From contig NC_092672.1 in NCBI RefSeq assembly GCF_964355755.1, forward strand, positions 12,524,001-12,588,000: DNA of 64,000 nt, given 5' to 3'. Made by a program: the position numbers and the translations under genes. The DNA is from Antedon mediterranea. Lineage: Eukaryota > Animalia > Echinodermata. How positions within the stretch are numbered: position 1 is the first letter of the stretch; every line of letters starts with the position of its first letter. The notes beneath the pieces were generated by a model, which saw only the letters and a list, made by a program, of their open reading frames with translations, did not search any database and was not told the DNA's origin. This document shows positions 40,401 to 55,400 of the stretch, in pieces.

Positions 40401-43400
40401 TATCTCAAAAACTATTTCTGCGTCGTCTTTTCACTTGCGAAACATTCGAAGGATTCGTAAGTTTATAAATGAGACAGCAGCTAAACAACTTGTTCATGCT
40501 TTTGTCACTTCACGACTAGATATGGGAAACTCTTTGCTATACGGGCTACCACAAAAACAACTCCACAGGCTCCAACTGATTCAAAATACAGCGGCACGAG
40601 TTGTTAAAAAATTACCAAGATATGGACACATATCAAACACTTTGGAAATATTGCATTGGCTCCCTGTTAGGTACCGCATTGTTTTTAAAATATTACTTTT
40701 TGTTTTTAAGTCTATAAATGGCATGGCTCCTGAATATATTTCTGACATGCTTAGGCTGTATGTTCCCGGACGTAATCTGCGCTCTAGTGACTCGCTGCTT
40801 CTACATCAGCCTAAGTCTCACCACTCATGGGGTGACAGAGCATTCTCCGTTACTGCTCCTCGTCTGTGGAATGCTCTACCGAGCTCTATAAGATTTTGCA
40901 AAACTGTTGATACTTTTAAAAAATTATTAAAAACACATTTATTCATTAAGGCATATGGAAATCATGAGGTTTCTTAAAGTTGTTTAGACTTAGAATTGTT
41001 TTGTATACCTTTTCCTGGCCAGCATTATCTTTGGGGTGCCTCTGTCTTGGTTGTTGTCTCTGAGCACCCGGTCGTCTGTGGCAAGGCAAATGTGTATCCT
41101 GCTCCTTTGTTTGGTCACCTAGGTAGGGGTCCGGGACCGCGACAGAATAACAACGGATGGGGACCCTCCAAAGAAATTGCATTTTATTTGCCAGGAATTT
41201 GTATGATTTATTTCTTTTTTATTTTTAAATGCGCCTTGAGCACTCTGGAGTGGTATGTGCGCTATAAAAATCTTATTATTATTATTATTCCCCCCCTCCT
41301 AAAACGCTAATCGTCGTTAGACATTGCGCGTCTCACTTGTGTTCGCCACTCAGTACGTTTTTGAGCTAGCATGTGTATAGGTCCGCGTGTGAAAAGTTCT
41401 GTTTCCTTTTTTATGTTTGCCATCCATGTTGTTTTTCTATACATACAACATTAATTATTAAAATAAAGACGGGCTATGCAATGAACAGAGTTATTAATTT
41501 AGCGTCTTGTTCAATCTAAAATGCTACAGCTACACGATGTTTAATATATTTTAAATTGTATTTTTGCTTTGATAATAGGCCTAACTATACATTTTTCAAA
41601 TGAAATACACATTATACGAACCTAGGGTTTGTTTATAACGGGAGACAATTTAAATTAACTTGCAGTGTTAACTAATACGAGTAATTACGTTATTGATTTT
41701 TAAATCATTGTAAATGAGTAATTTACATTGTTTGTTGCTGTAACTGATGCTCGGTGAGCTATGAGACTGTTCACTATCTCTACCTCACCATAGCCAAAAT
41801 AAACGTGTTGATGTAGCGGTGTGTTTCCATCCTGGAAAGAAGAAAGTTAGATTAAACTTGACGCATTTTTTTTCAAGAATACAGGTATTATTATTATTAT
41901 TACATATTTTTCTTTTCTATATTCATTTTCTAATTCATTGAGAGTGACTGTAAATTATATAGAAATACTTGGTATTAAGAAATAATACAACTTGCTGATT
42001 TTAACTATTATAATACAGATGGGTTAGCAATGAACATATTTTAAAAGTATTAATTTAGCGTCTTGTTCGATCTAAAACGCTACAGGTATACGATTTTTAG
42101 TATATTTTCAATTGTATTTTTGCTTTGATAATAACTATACATTTTTTCCAATGAAAAACATATTAAACGAATCTAGTGGTTACTTATGCAGTAGTAGAAA
42201 AGTATTAATTTCGGTTCTTGTTAAATCCAAAATGCTACAGCTACACGATTTTCAATATAATTGTATTTTTGCTTTGATAATAACTATACATTTTCCAATG
42301 AAAAACACATTAAACGAATCTAAGGTTTGCTTATAACGGGAGATAATGTCAATTAACTTGTAGTGTTAACTAATACAAATAATTAATGCTTTTTAAATCA
42401 TTGTAAAAGAGTAATTTACATTGTTTGTTGCTTTGATTGATGCTCCGTGAGCAATGAGACTGTTCACTATCTCTACAATACCATCGCCAAGCGTAACGTG
42501 TTTATGTAGCGGTGTGTTTCCCTCCTGGAAAGAAGAAAGTTAGATTAAACTTGACGCATTTTTTTTAAGAATAAATGTATTATTATATTAAATATTTTTC
42601 TTTTCTATATTCATTTTCTAATTCATTAAGAGTGACTGTAAATTATATAGAAAGACCTGGTATTAAGAAAATAATACAACTTGCTGATTTTAATTATTAT
42701 AATACAGAGGGGTTAGCACTGAACACATTTTAAAAGTATTAATTTAGCGTCTTGTTTGATCTAAAACGCTACAGCTATACGATTTTCAATATACTTTAAA
42801 TTGTATTTTTGCTTTGATAATAACTAAACATTTTTCAAATGAAAAACACATTAAACAAATCTAGGATTTGCTTATAACGGGAGATAATACAAATTAATTT
42901 GTAGTGTTAACTAATACAGTACAAATAATTACGTTAATGATTTTTAAACAACATTGTATAAGAGTAATTTACATTGTTTGTTGCTGTGATTGATGCTCCG
43001 TGAGCTATAAGACTGTTCACTATCTCTACATTACCATCGCCAAGCGTAACATGTCTATGTAGCGGTGTGTTTCCATCCTGGAAAGAAGAAAGTTAGATTA
43101 AACTTGACGCTTGCCAACGTCGCATAATCCATCTGTTTTTACGATCCATTGTTGGGTTTACGCTTCCGAAAACTTACTTCAAGTCAAGTGCATCTACAGT
43201 AACAGTTATTATATTACCATAATGCCGTCTCTGTTATTAATCTTTCTCTTTTATTTTCCAGTTATCATGTATATGCATGTTAAACATTTTATTTGTTGCT
43301 TGTATGTATTCTAAAAGATACTAATAAATAGATAATATAGATGAACTATTTTAGATATTATTTGTTCAATTTATGATCCATTGGGATTCGCAGCTCCCGT

Positions 43401-46400
43401 ACTTTACATGAATGAACGTTTTACAGGCTAGGTGCAAGCAGAATTTACACTAGACGAACCGTTAGCATCTGAATTGTTGGTTGGTTGGTTAATTTCTTTC
43501 CTTTTGAATGATCCAAGAAACAATTATTATTATGGTCTTTGGCCGATATAATATACATGTGCCGGTGCCAACCCGAGGTAAGGTAAATAAAGAAACACAC
43601 TATGTATATGACATATACGGAGTATAGGGTCTCACAATTCGGCTAGCCTCTAGTAGGCCTAGGGCCTAGGCCTAGGCTAGGGGAGGGCTAAAATGCTCGT
43701 TAACTATTAAATAACATAAACAAGTAACAAAATCTGTCTCACCACATTTGGCCAGTGTCATAACAAACTTCTTGGAAGAGAGATGAGGATCTCAAAATCA
43801 CAATAAATGCGTTAAAATTAAATCAAACAACAATAACAAACTACTATTTATCAACAGTGAGATTTAAATCGGTCAGTCTAATTACCGAAAACAACCGAAA
43901 ACAACCCTAAACAACCGAAAACAACCACAAACAACGGAAAACAACCATAAACAACCGAAAACAAACCGAAAACAAAATAAAATAATCTAAATACCGAAAA
44001 CAAATTTGTATAATATTTTTTAAATGTCGCCCTCTATTGATGGGTGTTTCTAAATCTAAGACCATAACAGAGACAAAACCGCGCGCGCAAAAGCCAAGGA
44101 AGACCCTACGATGGTAGTGTGCACAAAATACAACTAAAAATCGTGCAATCAATCAACGATAACATCGCATTTACTTACAGAATCTATAAAAATATTTTAA
44201 TTTTAGTCTTTCGATTTTTGATCCAGAAACCAGCGCATTGCTCCTACAATTTGTGAATATGTTAATCCATAGTATAGAAAGTAAATTGACTATGGTTAAT
44301 CATGATCGATTTAATTATAGATTTTCAAAGATAATTATACAAAGATACTAGGGACTATAAAGTATACATAAAACAAGCTCACTATAAAGGATTCACAATA
44401 AAATCTATTCAGTAAAATTACTGTAGTCGAGTAAATAACGTTTTTATCCTTAATCGCTTCAGTATTCACTTAATAAGTGACGAAAACCGGGGACGAAAAC
44501 GCAAAGTTAGGTAAAATCATGCTTTGTTTTTGAAAAGACTAAAAACGAAATGTGTTTATAGATTTTGTAAGTAAATGTAATCTACGGTGTATTGAATTTG
44601 TACGATTTTGAGTTGTATTTTGTGCACACTACCATTTCTTAGGGTCTTCCATGACTTTTGCGCCTCTGTAAGGTCTTAGCTTTAGAAACACCCATCAATA
44701 GAGGGCGACATTAAAAAAAATATTATACAAAATTTGTTTTCGGTATTTAGATTTTTTAAATTTTTTTTCGGTTTGTTTTCGGTTTGTTTTCGGTTATTTG
44801 TGGTTGTTTTCGGTTATTTTCGGTTGTTTTCAGTTGTTTTCGGTAATTAGACTGACCCGAATTAAATGCATGCTTGAGTTGAGAGCAATCAAAACCATCA
44901 ACAACAAAAATGTATCTCGCCTCTTTCCCTCTCTAGTTAGCTTGCCGTTAAATAATTATAGAGGGGGTAGTTTCAATCAACTTTGGCAGACGGCAAACAT
45001 ACAATGTATAGAGTGCGTTTAAATATTTTCTGAGTTTAGTAATGAGATCAGTATTTGTAGTAGACATAAGGACAATATATTTTAATTTAGATGGATTATT
45101 TGTGTAAGAGGAACTTAGTTCTACTATCTGAATAAATTAAAGGGAATTCATCTTCAATTGATTGTAGAGAGCATAATTTGCATAGTCTATCATTTCTATT
45201 AGGCCTAATACGATTCCATCTTCATTTTTCTAATTATAATATTCCTAGTCTTAGTTTAGTCACAATGTGTCTATGTTTGTAATTTTAATTAAGTATTCTT
45301 CCATTCCAACATAATTTATATTGAATGCGTGTGAAATATTGGAGCTTATAGAGAGTGTAACCTATTATCTCATAGAATTGTTGTCGTACCAATAAGCCTC
45401 GCCTTTGTTTAAATTTTGAAATAAAAAATATTTTTGACCTGTTGAGCATGCCATGTTTCCAAATCCATTTATACATAATAAGTGTTACACCATTGACCCA
45501 AATCGCTCGTTTTGTTGCGCTTTTCTATGTTGAAATTCATAAAATTGTTTAATGAATTTTTCATAATCTATTTGGTTTAGGCGCCCTACTCTCAGCTACT
45601 AACGAATTAAATTATACTTGGAGTTTGGATAGGGAATCATCGACATTCTCCTCTCATTACATCACTTGGAGCAGAATTTTCTATTCTTAAAAGATATTTT
45701 ATTCTAAATTCGAAATATAATCCAAGTGGTATGAAGACACTGTTCATCTGCTGGAAAACTGGAAAGTCAGTCGATGCTACAAACCACAATGGTTCAGAGA
45801 AGTCAAGCAGGCAGAAATTCATTATATCAGATGCTTGTGAAGTAGTATGTGGTCAATGCACGTATCTGCTAAAAATCTAAAAAGATATCAAGTTTATGTA
45901 GCTACCCGGGTACAAAAAATCAGCTATGCAACTTCCATAGAAAACATCTTCTAATCCGAGTGATATAGTCAGTAGAACCGTGCATGCTACAGTAATCAAT
46001 TGATTTCAGATACCGGATGGGTGAGTAGTTCTACATTTCTTCACCAGGTAGGTCTTACCAAAAAAGGCGGTTGGCCGATTAAATTGATGACGAATCAAGT
46101 AAAGTTGTTGCTTCAGAAGTAAAATATATTCGCTTATTCCACACTAGTGTAGATAAGACTGTTTTTCAGTATGGTTTTATTAACAGACAGATAAAATGAA
46201 CTATAAATCACATTAAATGTATTGAATGTTCCCCTTAAGCCAACACGTAGCAATGTATAATTGTTAGATAGGCCTATCAATGGTAAAACTTAACAGTGAT
46301 ATAATACAAAAAAAGAGATAAAATAATCTAATATGAACAGATCTGTGTAAACATTGCAGGGAGCAATGTAACGCTCATCTGGAATAATTTGCATGAAATA

Positions 46401-49400
46401 ACATGTGGCGTATATTAGAAATAAAATCTCCCTAGCTAGTGCAGTTAGCTGAGACGATACTAGCGTATAATCCATAGGTCTTATTGCGATTTCTACATGT
46501 TATGTCATAGGCTACTATTGAGAAGTTATATTATACAGATATTGACTGTTTAGAGGTTAAATATAAGATTTGACATCCCCGAGGGAATGATATTAAGTTC
46601 GAGGGAATATATATTTCCCGAGAACTTAATATCATTCCCGAGGGGATGTCAAATCTTATATTTAACCGATATAAAAGGCAATATCTGTTATATTATATAG
46701 CCAAGAACAAGTCTGCTGGGTTGGGTGAAGCTAGGCTAGGCCTCCTATGTATTTGTATTGTATTTAAACAAGCCTGCCTAGACACCTTACCTTGCGAAGA
46801 ATAATATACAGATAATTACTAATTAATGATTCCTTGGCAATAAAATATTCACTTAGGCCTAGGTCGTTTAAATTAACAGGAGAATTTCCATCAATAAGCC
46901 TATTAATAATAATATTAAATCAGGTAGGCCGAATAAACAATTTGTCTTCTTCTGTTCGAGGAGCCGAATCAACGGATGTTCAGCGCGTACTAGTTACTAG
47001 GTTACTACCGTGAGTATTGACCAATCACAAACTGTGTTTCATCACATTTAGGGTGGACTAAAAACAAATGAGGGCGCTATGTATGCATAGCTTAAATAGT
47101 TTAGAAGATTAATTTCTTCAAGCAACTTCCGTGGCGCAGCGGTTGAAGCGTTGTCTTGCGATGGAGTGGCAATTCCACCCGAGTTCAAGATCGAGTAGAT
47201 GACTTTTGTTTATTTATCGGCAAACGCGAGTGTTGCCACATGAAAATTACACAGTCAATATCATCGAACTCGAGAATGTTTATGTTTAATGACAGGGGAC
47301 ACGATAATTACGCAAAAATTACACAGTCAATATCATCGTTCTCGAGGATACATATATACGATTTACGATCCTCGCAGCGGTAGTCATGTGATGCAGTTTC
47401 AACCAATCACGTTCGCGTATTTACATAGGCTATGTAATCTATATATAAATTTACGTAAGGGCAAAATTCGGTAAATCGCGCTTTACTTCTAGAATTTTTA
47501 CTCGATGGTATATAAAGTTGGTTCGTACTTTCGGTACTGATTTTAACCACCTGATGTACCCTGTTTACTACTTAAATTAAGTTAGATAATTAGTTATTGA
47601 CGATTAAAACGAATTTAGGTTCAACGATTTGCTCCAAATAGGGGTGTTTTCCGATCGTGGTATACACTGTCTAATGGATGTCCATCTTGAAAAATACCCG
47701 CCACTAAAATGCGAGGATGCTTCGCATTTTCCTATCTCCTCCTACGATAATTGTTTTTAATAGCTGAAAACCGGTTGAACAGCATCATAATGTTGAAGAC
47801 AGGCCGATTTTCTTTAAAAAAATACTATTTTGATAGATTTAATATACGATTATACAAATGTATTGATTTGCGATGAATGGAACATCCCAATCTCTCAGTC
47901 TGCCAGAGTTTGGTTTAACACAAGTAGGTAAATTTATGAGCCCTTGGTTTAACACATACGGTAGGTAAATATATGGGCCCTTTGAGAATAAACTTGCAAT
48001 ACTTTGACAATACTGTAAATACCAACTATTTTTGGTCCTCATTTGAATCGAACATTTCTTACTGTGAATGTTCGTATACTGTTAGATGTAATTATAAAAA
48101 TATATACAAATAAACTTTATTACTGAGATTGTGGATAGGCTCTACTGTTAGATATAAACACATTATTATATACAAATAAACTTTATACTGACAGTTCGTT
48201 CTCAACGTTTATATTAATTAATAATTACCAAAAATATAAACGTCGTAGTGGTGTACCATGACATGTACTTTAATATTTCAATCGATTATGACAGTGACAG
48301 TTTTAACAAAGTATTACGGTAAATCGCAAATGTTTTACTGTATTTAGAGTATACTATTTATAGGCCTATAAAACATTGAAAAAATAGTTCGTTACTGAGT
48401 GGATAAAGAATATATTTAAAAATTGTTCCTCTGTGTACTTATCCGCTTTCCCATCCCTCAACCCTAATGTTACATACAAAACACAAATTGGGTTTCTTTA
48501 AATGAGTCCAAATAAAAAATCTGGACTCATTTTGTGATAAGTTTCTCCTTCGGAAGTAATTCCCAGGGTGCTAATTTTAGTTGACTACATAAAACATCGT
48601 GTCTATTTATTCGTTTCTGTAAACGACAATGTATTATAGTCCTGCGGTATTTGAAATCGCCAGTTTTGTTACGCTGAAATTACTGTGTATTCGAGAACCA
48701 TCTGTGGGCACGACCTATAGTATAATAAATTATCTCTATTGTGGCTTGATTACACGCCTTCCGTTTTTTTTTCTTTTACGGGTTATCTCAACTCAAATAA
48801 GTGTAGTGAGGCCGCAGTTATAGTCTATTAGTAGAGTAGATTGTGTCTGTTATTGTTTATTAATAAATGTTTTCATACCCATTAATCAACAGTTTAAAAA
48901 AGGGTTCTTGTTTTTCACCCACTTAATTTCACCGTAAACGTTTTATATCATATTTCTTTTAGTATAAAACACTTTGCAAAGATTTAGTAACTTTTTGCAG
49001 GGTGTATTATTTCATAAATAAGTCATATTCACTTGACAAGCTAGTATAACTTATAGAAAAGATCATATTCAACGCAATTAGAAGTACGGTATCTCTGAAG
49101 ACCTTTTTGAAGCTCCGGTTAATCCTTATGAGAAAGCTCATACCGAACGTTGTATGCATATTAATCCGCTGAGTCAGTTTACTGTATGTCTATTAATCCG
49201 CTGGATTCAGTGTTCAGTGTGAATAATATCCTTTTAAAAATATATGGATTGTATAATTATATATATATAGTTTCTATACCTTATCTACGGAGTTCACAAG
49301 ATGTGGATATGTTTTACATATTTCTTCAATTTCTTCCAAGCCTGTATAGCTTGATACAGCTCTTAGTAATACTTTTCTGAGAAAAAAAAAGAATATAAAA

Positions 49401-52400
49401 ATGCATCATGGCAAGAATATTCGGTCGATAATGTTAATATGTTTATTGTTCATGTTTCTAAATAATAATAAATACACTTTTCGTTGAACTATTTATAATA
49501 TTAAAAGTTTGTTGGATATAAAATGTAAAGCTTTCTTCTCCATAAAAAAAAATGCAGTCCTCCACAGTTTGAAGAAATAACTTACTCATCCATTGAAAAA
49601 ATGCACTCTGTAGTTGCCAATCATTCAGTGGCTGCTGAAAAATGAAACTCAACATTTAAGCATATATTAATAAATAAAATTAATTTACCTGTTAATTACG
49701 TAAAATTGTTGTTTTTTGTTTGTTTTATTTAAACACAAATTATTTTAATTCTCTGTTGGAGCTAAACAGTATAATTATATTAAGTCTTAAAAATCTTAAA
49801 AAACATTATGGTTTTGAGCTAATTTTTATTGTATTACACTTTATTTGTAGGAATATTTTCTGGGCAATTCCATGGTCACTCGCATTACACATTACAGTCA
49901 TTTTTGTTAGTCTAAGCTTTGTACTTTCTATACTAATTGGATTTTTAAGTCAATGTTTTATATGAACATACTTTAGGTGCAAGTCTTTAATAAAATACTT
50001 TAAAAAAAATTGTATGTCTTTTACTTCGACAATGACGCCATTGCGAAATTCTGTCACACGCATTACACAAAAAGGACACAACAAAAATTTGATTAGATTT
50101 GATAAGAACGTGTCCTTAAACTAAAAATATATGAATCAAAAGATCTTATATTTTTAATTGCTATACTTTTAAAGTATAAAATAGGATAATAAAAAAATTC
50201 AACATTACACAGATTTTAAAAATATTTGACATTTTAACAAAAAAGTCCTGTCACTCGCATTACTGTCACTCGCATTACCGTAAGAAATGAACTTAGTATT
50301 TACTAAACAAAGCAGATTTTAGAACGAAGAAAAGTATACAATAATTAAATAATGCAACATTAAACCACTCAAAGGATTTTATATCAATTTTCAAGTAAAA
50401 ACTTTTATTTCAACTCATTTGGATGAAGTTCTAAAGGACATCATCTATTTTTAACACTAACAGAACATCTTGTTTTTTTATAAACACAGTAACACTTTAA
50501 CGGTCACTAAAAATGAAAATAGAAAATTCAAACAGCCATTTTACAAATTATGGAACTCAAAGTTCTTCGCAAACCAGCATCAAGCCTTCTTTTTGCCCTG
50601 GTAGTGGCTTTAGCAAAAGCTATAGCACTTCTAAAAGGTGATGGCCCGTCTGATGCCAAAGCAGCCTTCTTTGCTCTGAACTTAGCCACACGTTTTCTAT
50701 TAGCAACTTTAAGAGCATCAATCTTCTGCTTCTTCAAAGCTGGTGGCAGAGCTAGAATTTTCTCTTTTCTTTCACTTTTTTACTTCTTTTCGAAATTTCA
50801 TTTTGTTTGTTTCTGTATGAGGTGTATTTTCCCTCGGCTTTCAGTTTTTCTAGGTACTTTCTTTGTCGTTCGGCCATTTCTAAAAGCAGGATGCAAATGT
50901 GAATGATATTTTAAAATTATTTTTAAATAATAATAGTGCTTTAGACCTGGTGGTGTAAAATATGCCTAGTAAATAATAATATATAAATAAATTATTATAG
51001 CCTAGGCCTATGCAGTGTTTTCAAATTATAGAATTTGAAATAATTAACACTAACAATATAAGAAAAAAAAACTTAAAAATTGTGATTAAATAAAAATGTA
51101 TACTTATTCTTATCTTCACAAAAGATTGTACCAAATTTGATAAATTTTTTATTTAATGAGCTCTTATAATGATTGATTTTTCAAATGATTTAACTGCAAA
51201 AAGGTCATTGCTAGGGATTGTGCTGCCCTCAACAAACCTAATGCTATAATTATTATACTGTACTGCCTCCAAATAAGGGCTAAATCACACATTGTATTAT
51301 GAAATTAATGTATATACTAATTCTGGGACTAATTCATAACTAATTATAGATTAATTACTATTTTACTTTACAAAAAAAAGAGTTTTAGTAATGTCACTCG
51401 CATTACATTGTCCATTTTTTAACGTCACTCGCATTACATGTCACTCGCATTTCACTTGTCAATGTCTCAACAATTTTGTATTTACGGGGATTTTTTATTT
51501 TTATTTATCAAATTTTAATTGTTCAAAGTAGTATAGCTAAATTATAAAATTTCATTAAAAAAAAATTATCATCACGATGGTATAAAAAAAAAAAAAATTT
51601 TTGTTGTCACTCGCATTACATACCCTAATATATAACAGAATATATATATATATGGGATATTCAACATTTGTAGTTATATCATATTTTCCATACATCTTAA
51701 GTGTACTATTACTTAGAAATGTTACTTTATAAATATTGCTTTGTTGGGGAAATAATAATCAGTTAACGTAATTACCTATTTTTCACACCTAAAAAAAAAT
51801 ATATATTCAACATTGAATAAACGTAATTTTTTGGCTGCAAAAATTCATAAATGAATTGAAAAAGTTAAAAACCTAGTTCCCACATATTCAAAGAGTAACA
51901 TAAACACAAATTTTGAGCTGACTAATTAATTTGAATTTTTTTGGTCATGTCCATGTTTGCATGGAATTGCCCTTCTTAGTTTTCCTAGCTTCTACAGTAG
52001 GAAGGCTAAGCATATGCTGTTCCACCAAAGTCAAGCGATTTGGAAGGGCCCACGCCACGAGACAGGGGATGATTGGGAGAGAGATACTGCCGGTCGTTGT
52101 CTTTGCGTGCGCAAGGGTGTGTAACTAATAAAACGGCTATTTTATGCTCTAGCAAACACAGGATATTCGTCAAAATAGTTAAATTGCTATTATTTAATAC
52201 ATTTGATCATATCAATAAAAATAAAATAAATTTAACTTAAAATAAATTTAACAATTCAATATTCAATTATCAATTGTCTAAAAAGAAAAAGAATCAATAA
52301 AATTTAATTAAGAAATACACAAGAATAAATATAAACGTACGGCATACAGTATATATTCTTGAGTTTAGATCCATTGTTAGTTTACCATTATTATTATATT

Positions 52401-55400
52401 ATTGTTTTCTAGGAGGCGCCCGAGTCCGGGATGACCGAGACACAACTGATGCTAGCAACAACTTTAAAAATAAACCTAGCTAAAGACGAGGGCGTATTCC
52501 CATACTTCGGTTTGGGTTTAGCTTTGCAATATTTATTAGTATGTTATTTTATCATATAATTCAAGTAAATAATGAAAGTAATATTACTGTATGTTCAAAA
52601 TGTCTTTATCAATGTAAAACTATACAATTTTATCAAAGTATTCAAACAAAGCACAATCTTTGCAATATATACCATTTTATCATTATTATACCGAATCTCA
52701 ATTTGTAATACTGAATATCAATCTTTATATCGTTTTGGCTCTGTTATATAAATTTTCTCTGTATACATATTTGTTTTATCCTATTTAGATTTCAACACAA
52801 TATCAAAATATTTATAATCTTTTAACCTCAGACTGTGTAATATCACTTAAATATTCATTGATAGATAGACAGACAGACAGACAGACTAAGAATTGGGCGA
52901 TGATGTAGGCCTAATGTAACCCAATTGTTAATATGTTGCAATAGTAGATATGTTAACTGTTTATTGTTATTCATCATTACATTTTTTAAACAATAAATAT
53001 AAATCATAAATTTAAAATTGTCAGTAACTAAAATATATAACCAACCGTACCAATTGATATTTTTAGTGGACAACAGCAGTTACAATCAATTGTAAAGTCT
53101 TTATTATAAAAACAATTTAATCTATATATAAATTTACGTTTAAGGGAAAATTCAGGAAATCGCGCCTTATTCTAGAATTTTTAGTCGATGGTACATAAGT
53201 TGGTTCATACTTTCGATACTTTTTTTAACCACCTGATGTAACAACCATGTTTACTAATTAAATAGAGTTAGATAATTACCGTAGTTATTGACAATTAAAA
53301 CAAATTTAGGATCAACGATTTGCCCCAAATAGGGGTGTTTTCCGATCGTGGTATACACTGTCTTATGGATGTCTATCTTGAAAAATACCCGCACACAATA
53401 ATACGAGGATGCTTCGCATTTTCCTATCTCCTAAATACGATAATTGTTTTTAATAGCTGGAAACCGGTTGAACAGCTCGAGTACAGCATCATAATGTTGA
53501 AGACGGGACGATTTTCTTTACAAAAATACAATTTTGATGTATTATGCCTTTATACAAAATTTATATATATACAGTATAATGTATTGATTTGCTATGAATG
53601 GAACATTCCAAACTATTTGGTTTAACCATAGAGGTATAGGCCTACCTCCATGGTATAACACAAGTAGGTACATTTACGGGCCCTTGAGAATAAACATAAA
53701 TATTATTTCAATGCTGTAAAATACTGTAAATAGGTATTAACCACTTTTGATGGCCATTTGAATCGCAAATTTCTTACTGTGAGTGTTGGTACTGTTAAAT
53801 ATAATATAAACAAATATACAAACAAACTTTATTACTGTGAGTGTGGGTAGGCCCTACTGTTAGATTATAAACACATACTTTATTATTGACAGTTGCTTCT
53901 CAATGTTTGTATTAATTAATAATTAAAAAAATATATAAACGTCGTAGTGGTGTATCGTCACATGTACCGTACTTTACAATTTCAATCGACTTAGGAAGGT
54001 GACAGTCTCAATAAAGTATTCAATCTGAAATGTTTTACTGTATTTAGTACTATAGTAGTATATTATTTATATTATAGGCCTATAAAACATGAAAAAAAAA
54101 ATTTCGTTACTGAGTGGATGCAAATATATTTAAAATTGTTCCTCTTTGTACCTACTGTATCGCCTTCCCCATCCCTCGAACCTATGTTACATACAAAACA
54201 CAAATTGGGTTTGTTTAAATTGAGTCCAAATAACAAAATTAGTTACTTTTGATATCGGTCGCGTTTTATTTTGGTCGCGCTAATTTGATGGCGCATTAGA
54301 TACATTTTTAATGAAAACGCTCATTATGTTTTCAATTTTGAATCAGAATATTAGAATTTCTATTTAATATGCCTACTATTTGACGTTATTTTTTAAGTAC
54401 AGTAAATATAAATATTTATCTCATTATTTATAAATAATTTGTGTTTTCATTTTATCTTACACTCAGGTTTTAATGAAGTGTAATGTGTTCTTTTAGAAAA
54501 TCGTTTTAAAAATGTTTTGTTTTTGTTTTATTGAATGTTGTGCAAGCTTTTGAAAAGATTGGCATGCCACTGTTTAAAGTTTTGAAAATAATAAATAGTA
54601 GACGCGCCTATTGCGTATTTTTTAATCACTTAGGAGGTTTATGCAATAAAAGAAGATGATGCATGGATTATGATTTTTGCATTCGATATCCGCCACTCTG
54701 AAGTGAGCATGGTTTGGGATAATAATAAAATATATAGATACTATGCCGTTATAAATCAATCTACCGGCCCTACAGTAGAACTATGATGTACAATTAATGA
54801 TAGATGTGAGAATAAATGTATGGATAATAAGGTGAACACGATTCAAGAGGTAATCTGTACTGATATTTAAACATTGAGATTTACGAACGGCATATGAATG
54901 TGAGACACTAAGTTGCACTTACTTACTTAATTATTTGGTTTACGATGAAATCGGTCGCGTCTGAAATCGGTCGCGTTTGAAATCTTTCGCGATAAAATCA
55001 ACTTCCGGTATTTTGTATGGCGCGCCGCTAGAGCTATACTTTTGATGATATCGGTCGCGTTTGAAATCGGTCGCGTTTGAAATCGGTTGCGCTATTTTGA
55101 ATGGATCGAGCGGGATGCATGTTAGAGCGGGATATACATTTTTCGTTTATATAGATTTAATTGATATTTTTTAGGAACTAGATTATTTATGTGGATATTC
55201 TTTACTTGGTAATTTTTATTATCAATCATTAAATTAATTTTTTTGGTATTTCACAGGTCTCGGAGAAGGACTGTGTCTTTTCAAAATGGCCATTTCTAAA
55301 CACGTTTAAATATTATATTAGGCATAATGTTATATTAGGCATATAATAATTTACCTCTATTTATATGTACTGTAATTAATATATTATATAGAGAATATAC

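Noticed and set aside
47128-47200. Functional tRNA gene
   Set aside because: A/B-box-like motifs only. I could not fold a convincing cloverleaf.
50550-50906. 118-aa hydrophobic plus-strand ORF
   Set aside because: Antisense of the Lys/Arg-rich transposase remnant inside the Sola2-like element.
53320-53625. Short ORFs in Helitron copies (also 5332, 8046, 32820, 48629)
   Set aside because: Frames are not preserved among copies and no Rep/helicase motifs are present.
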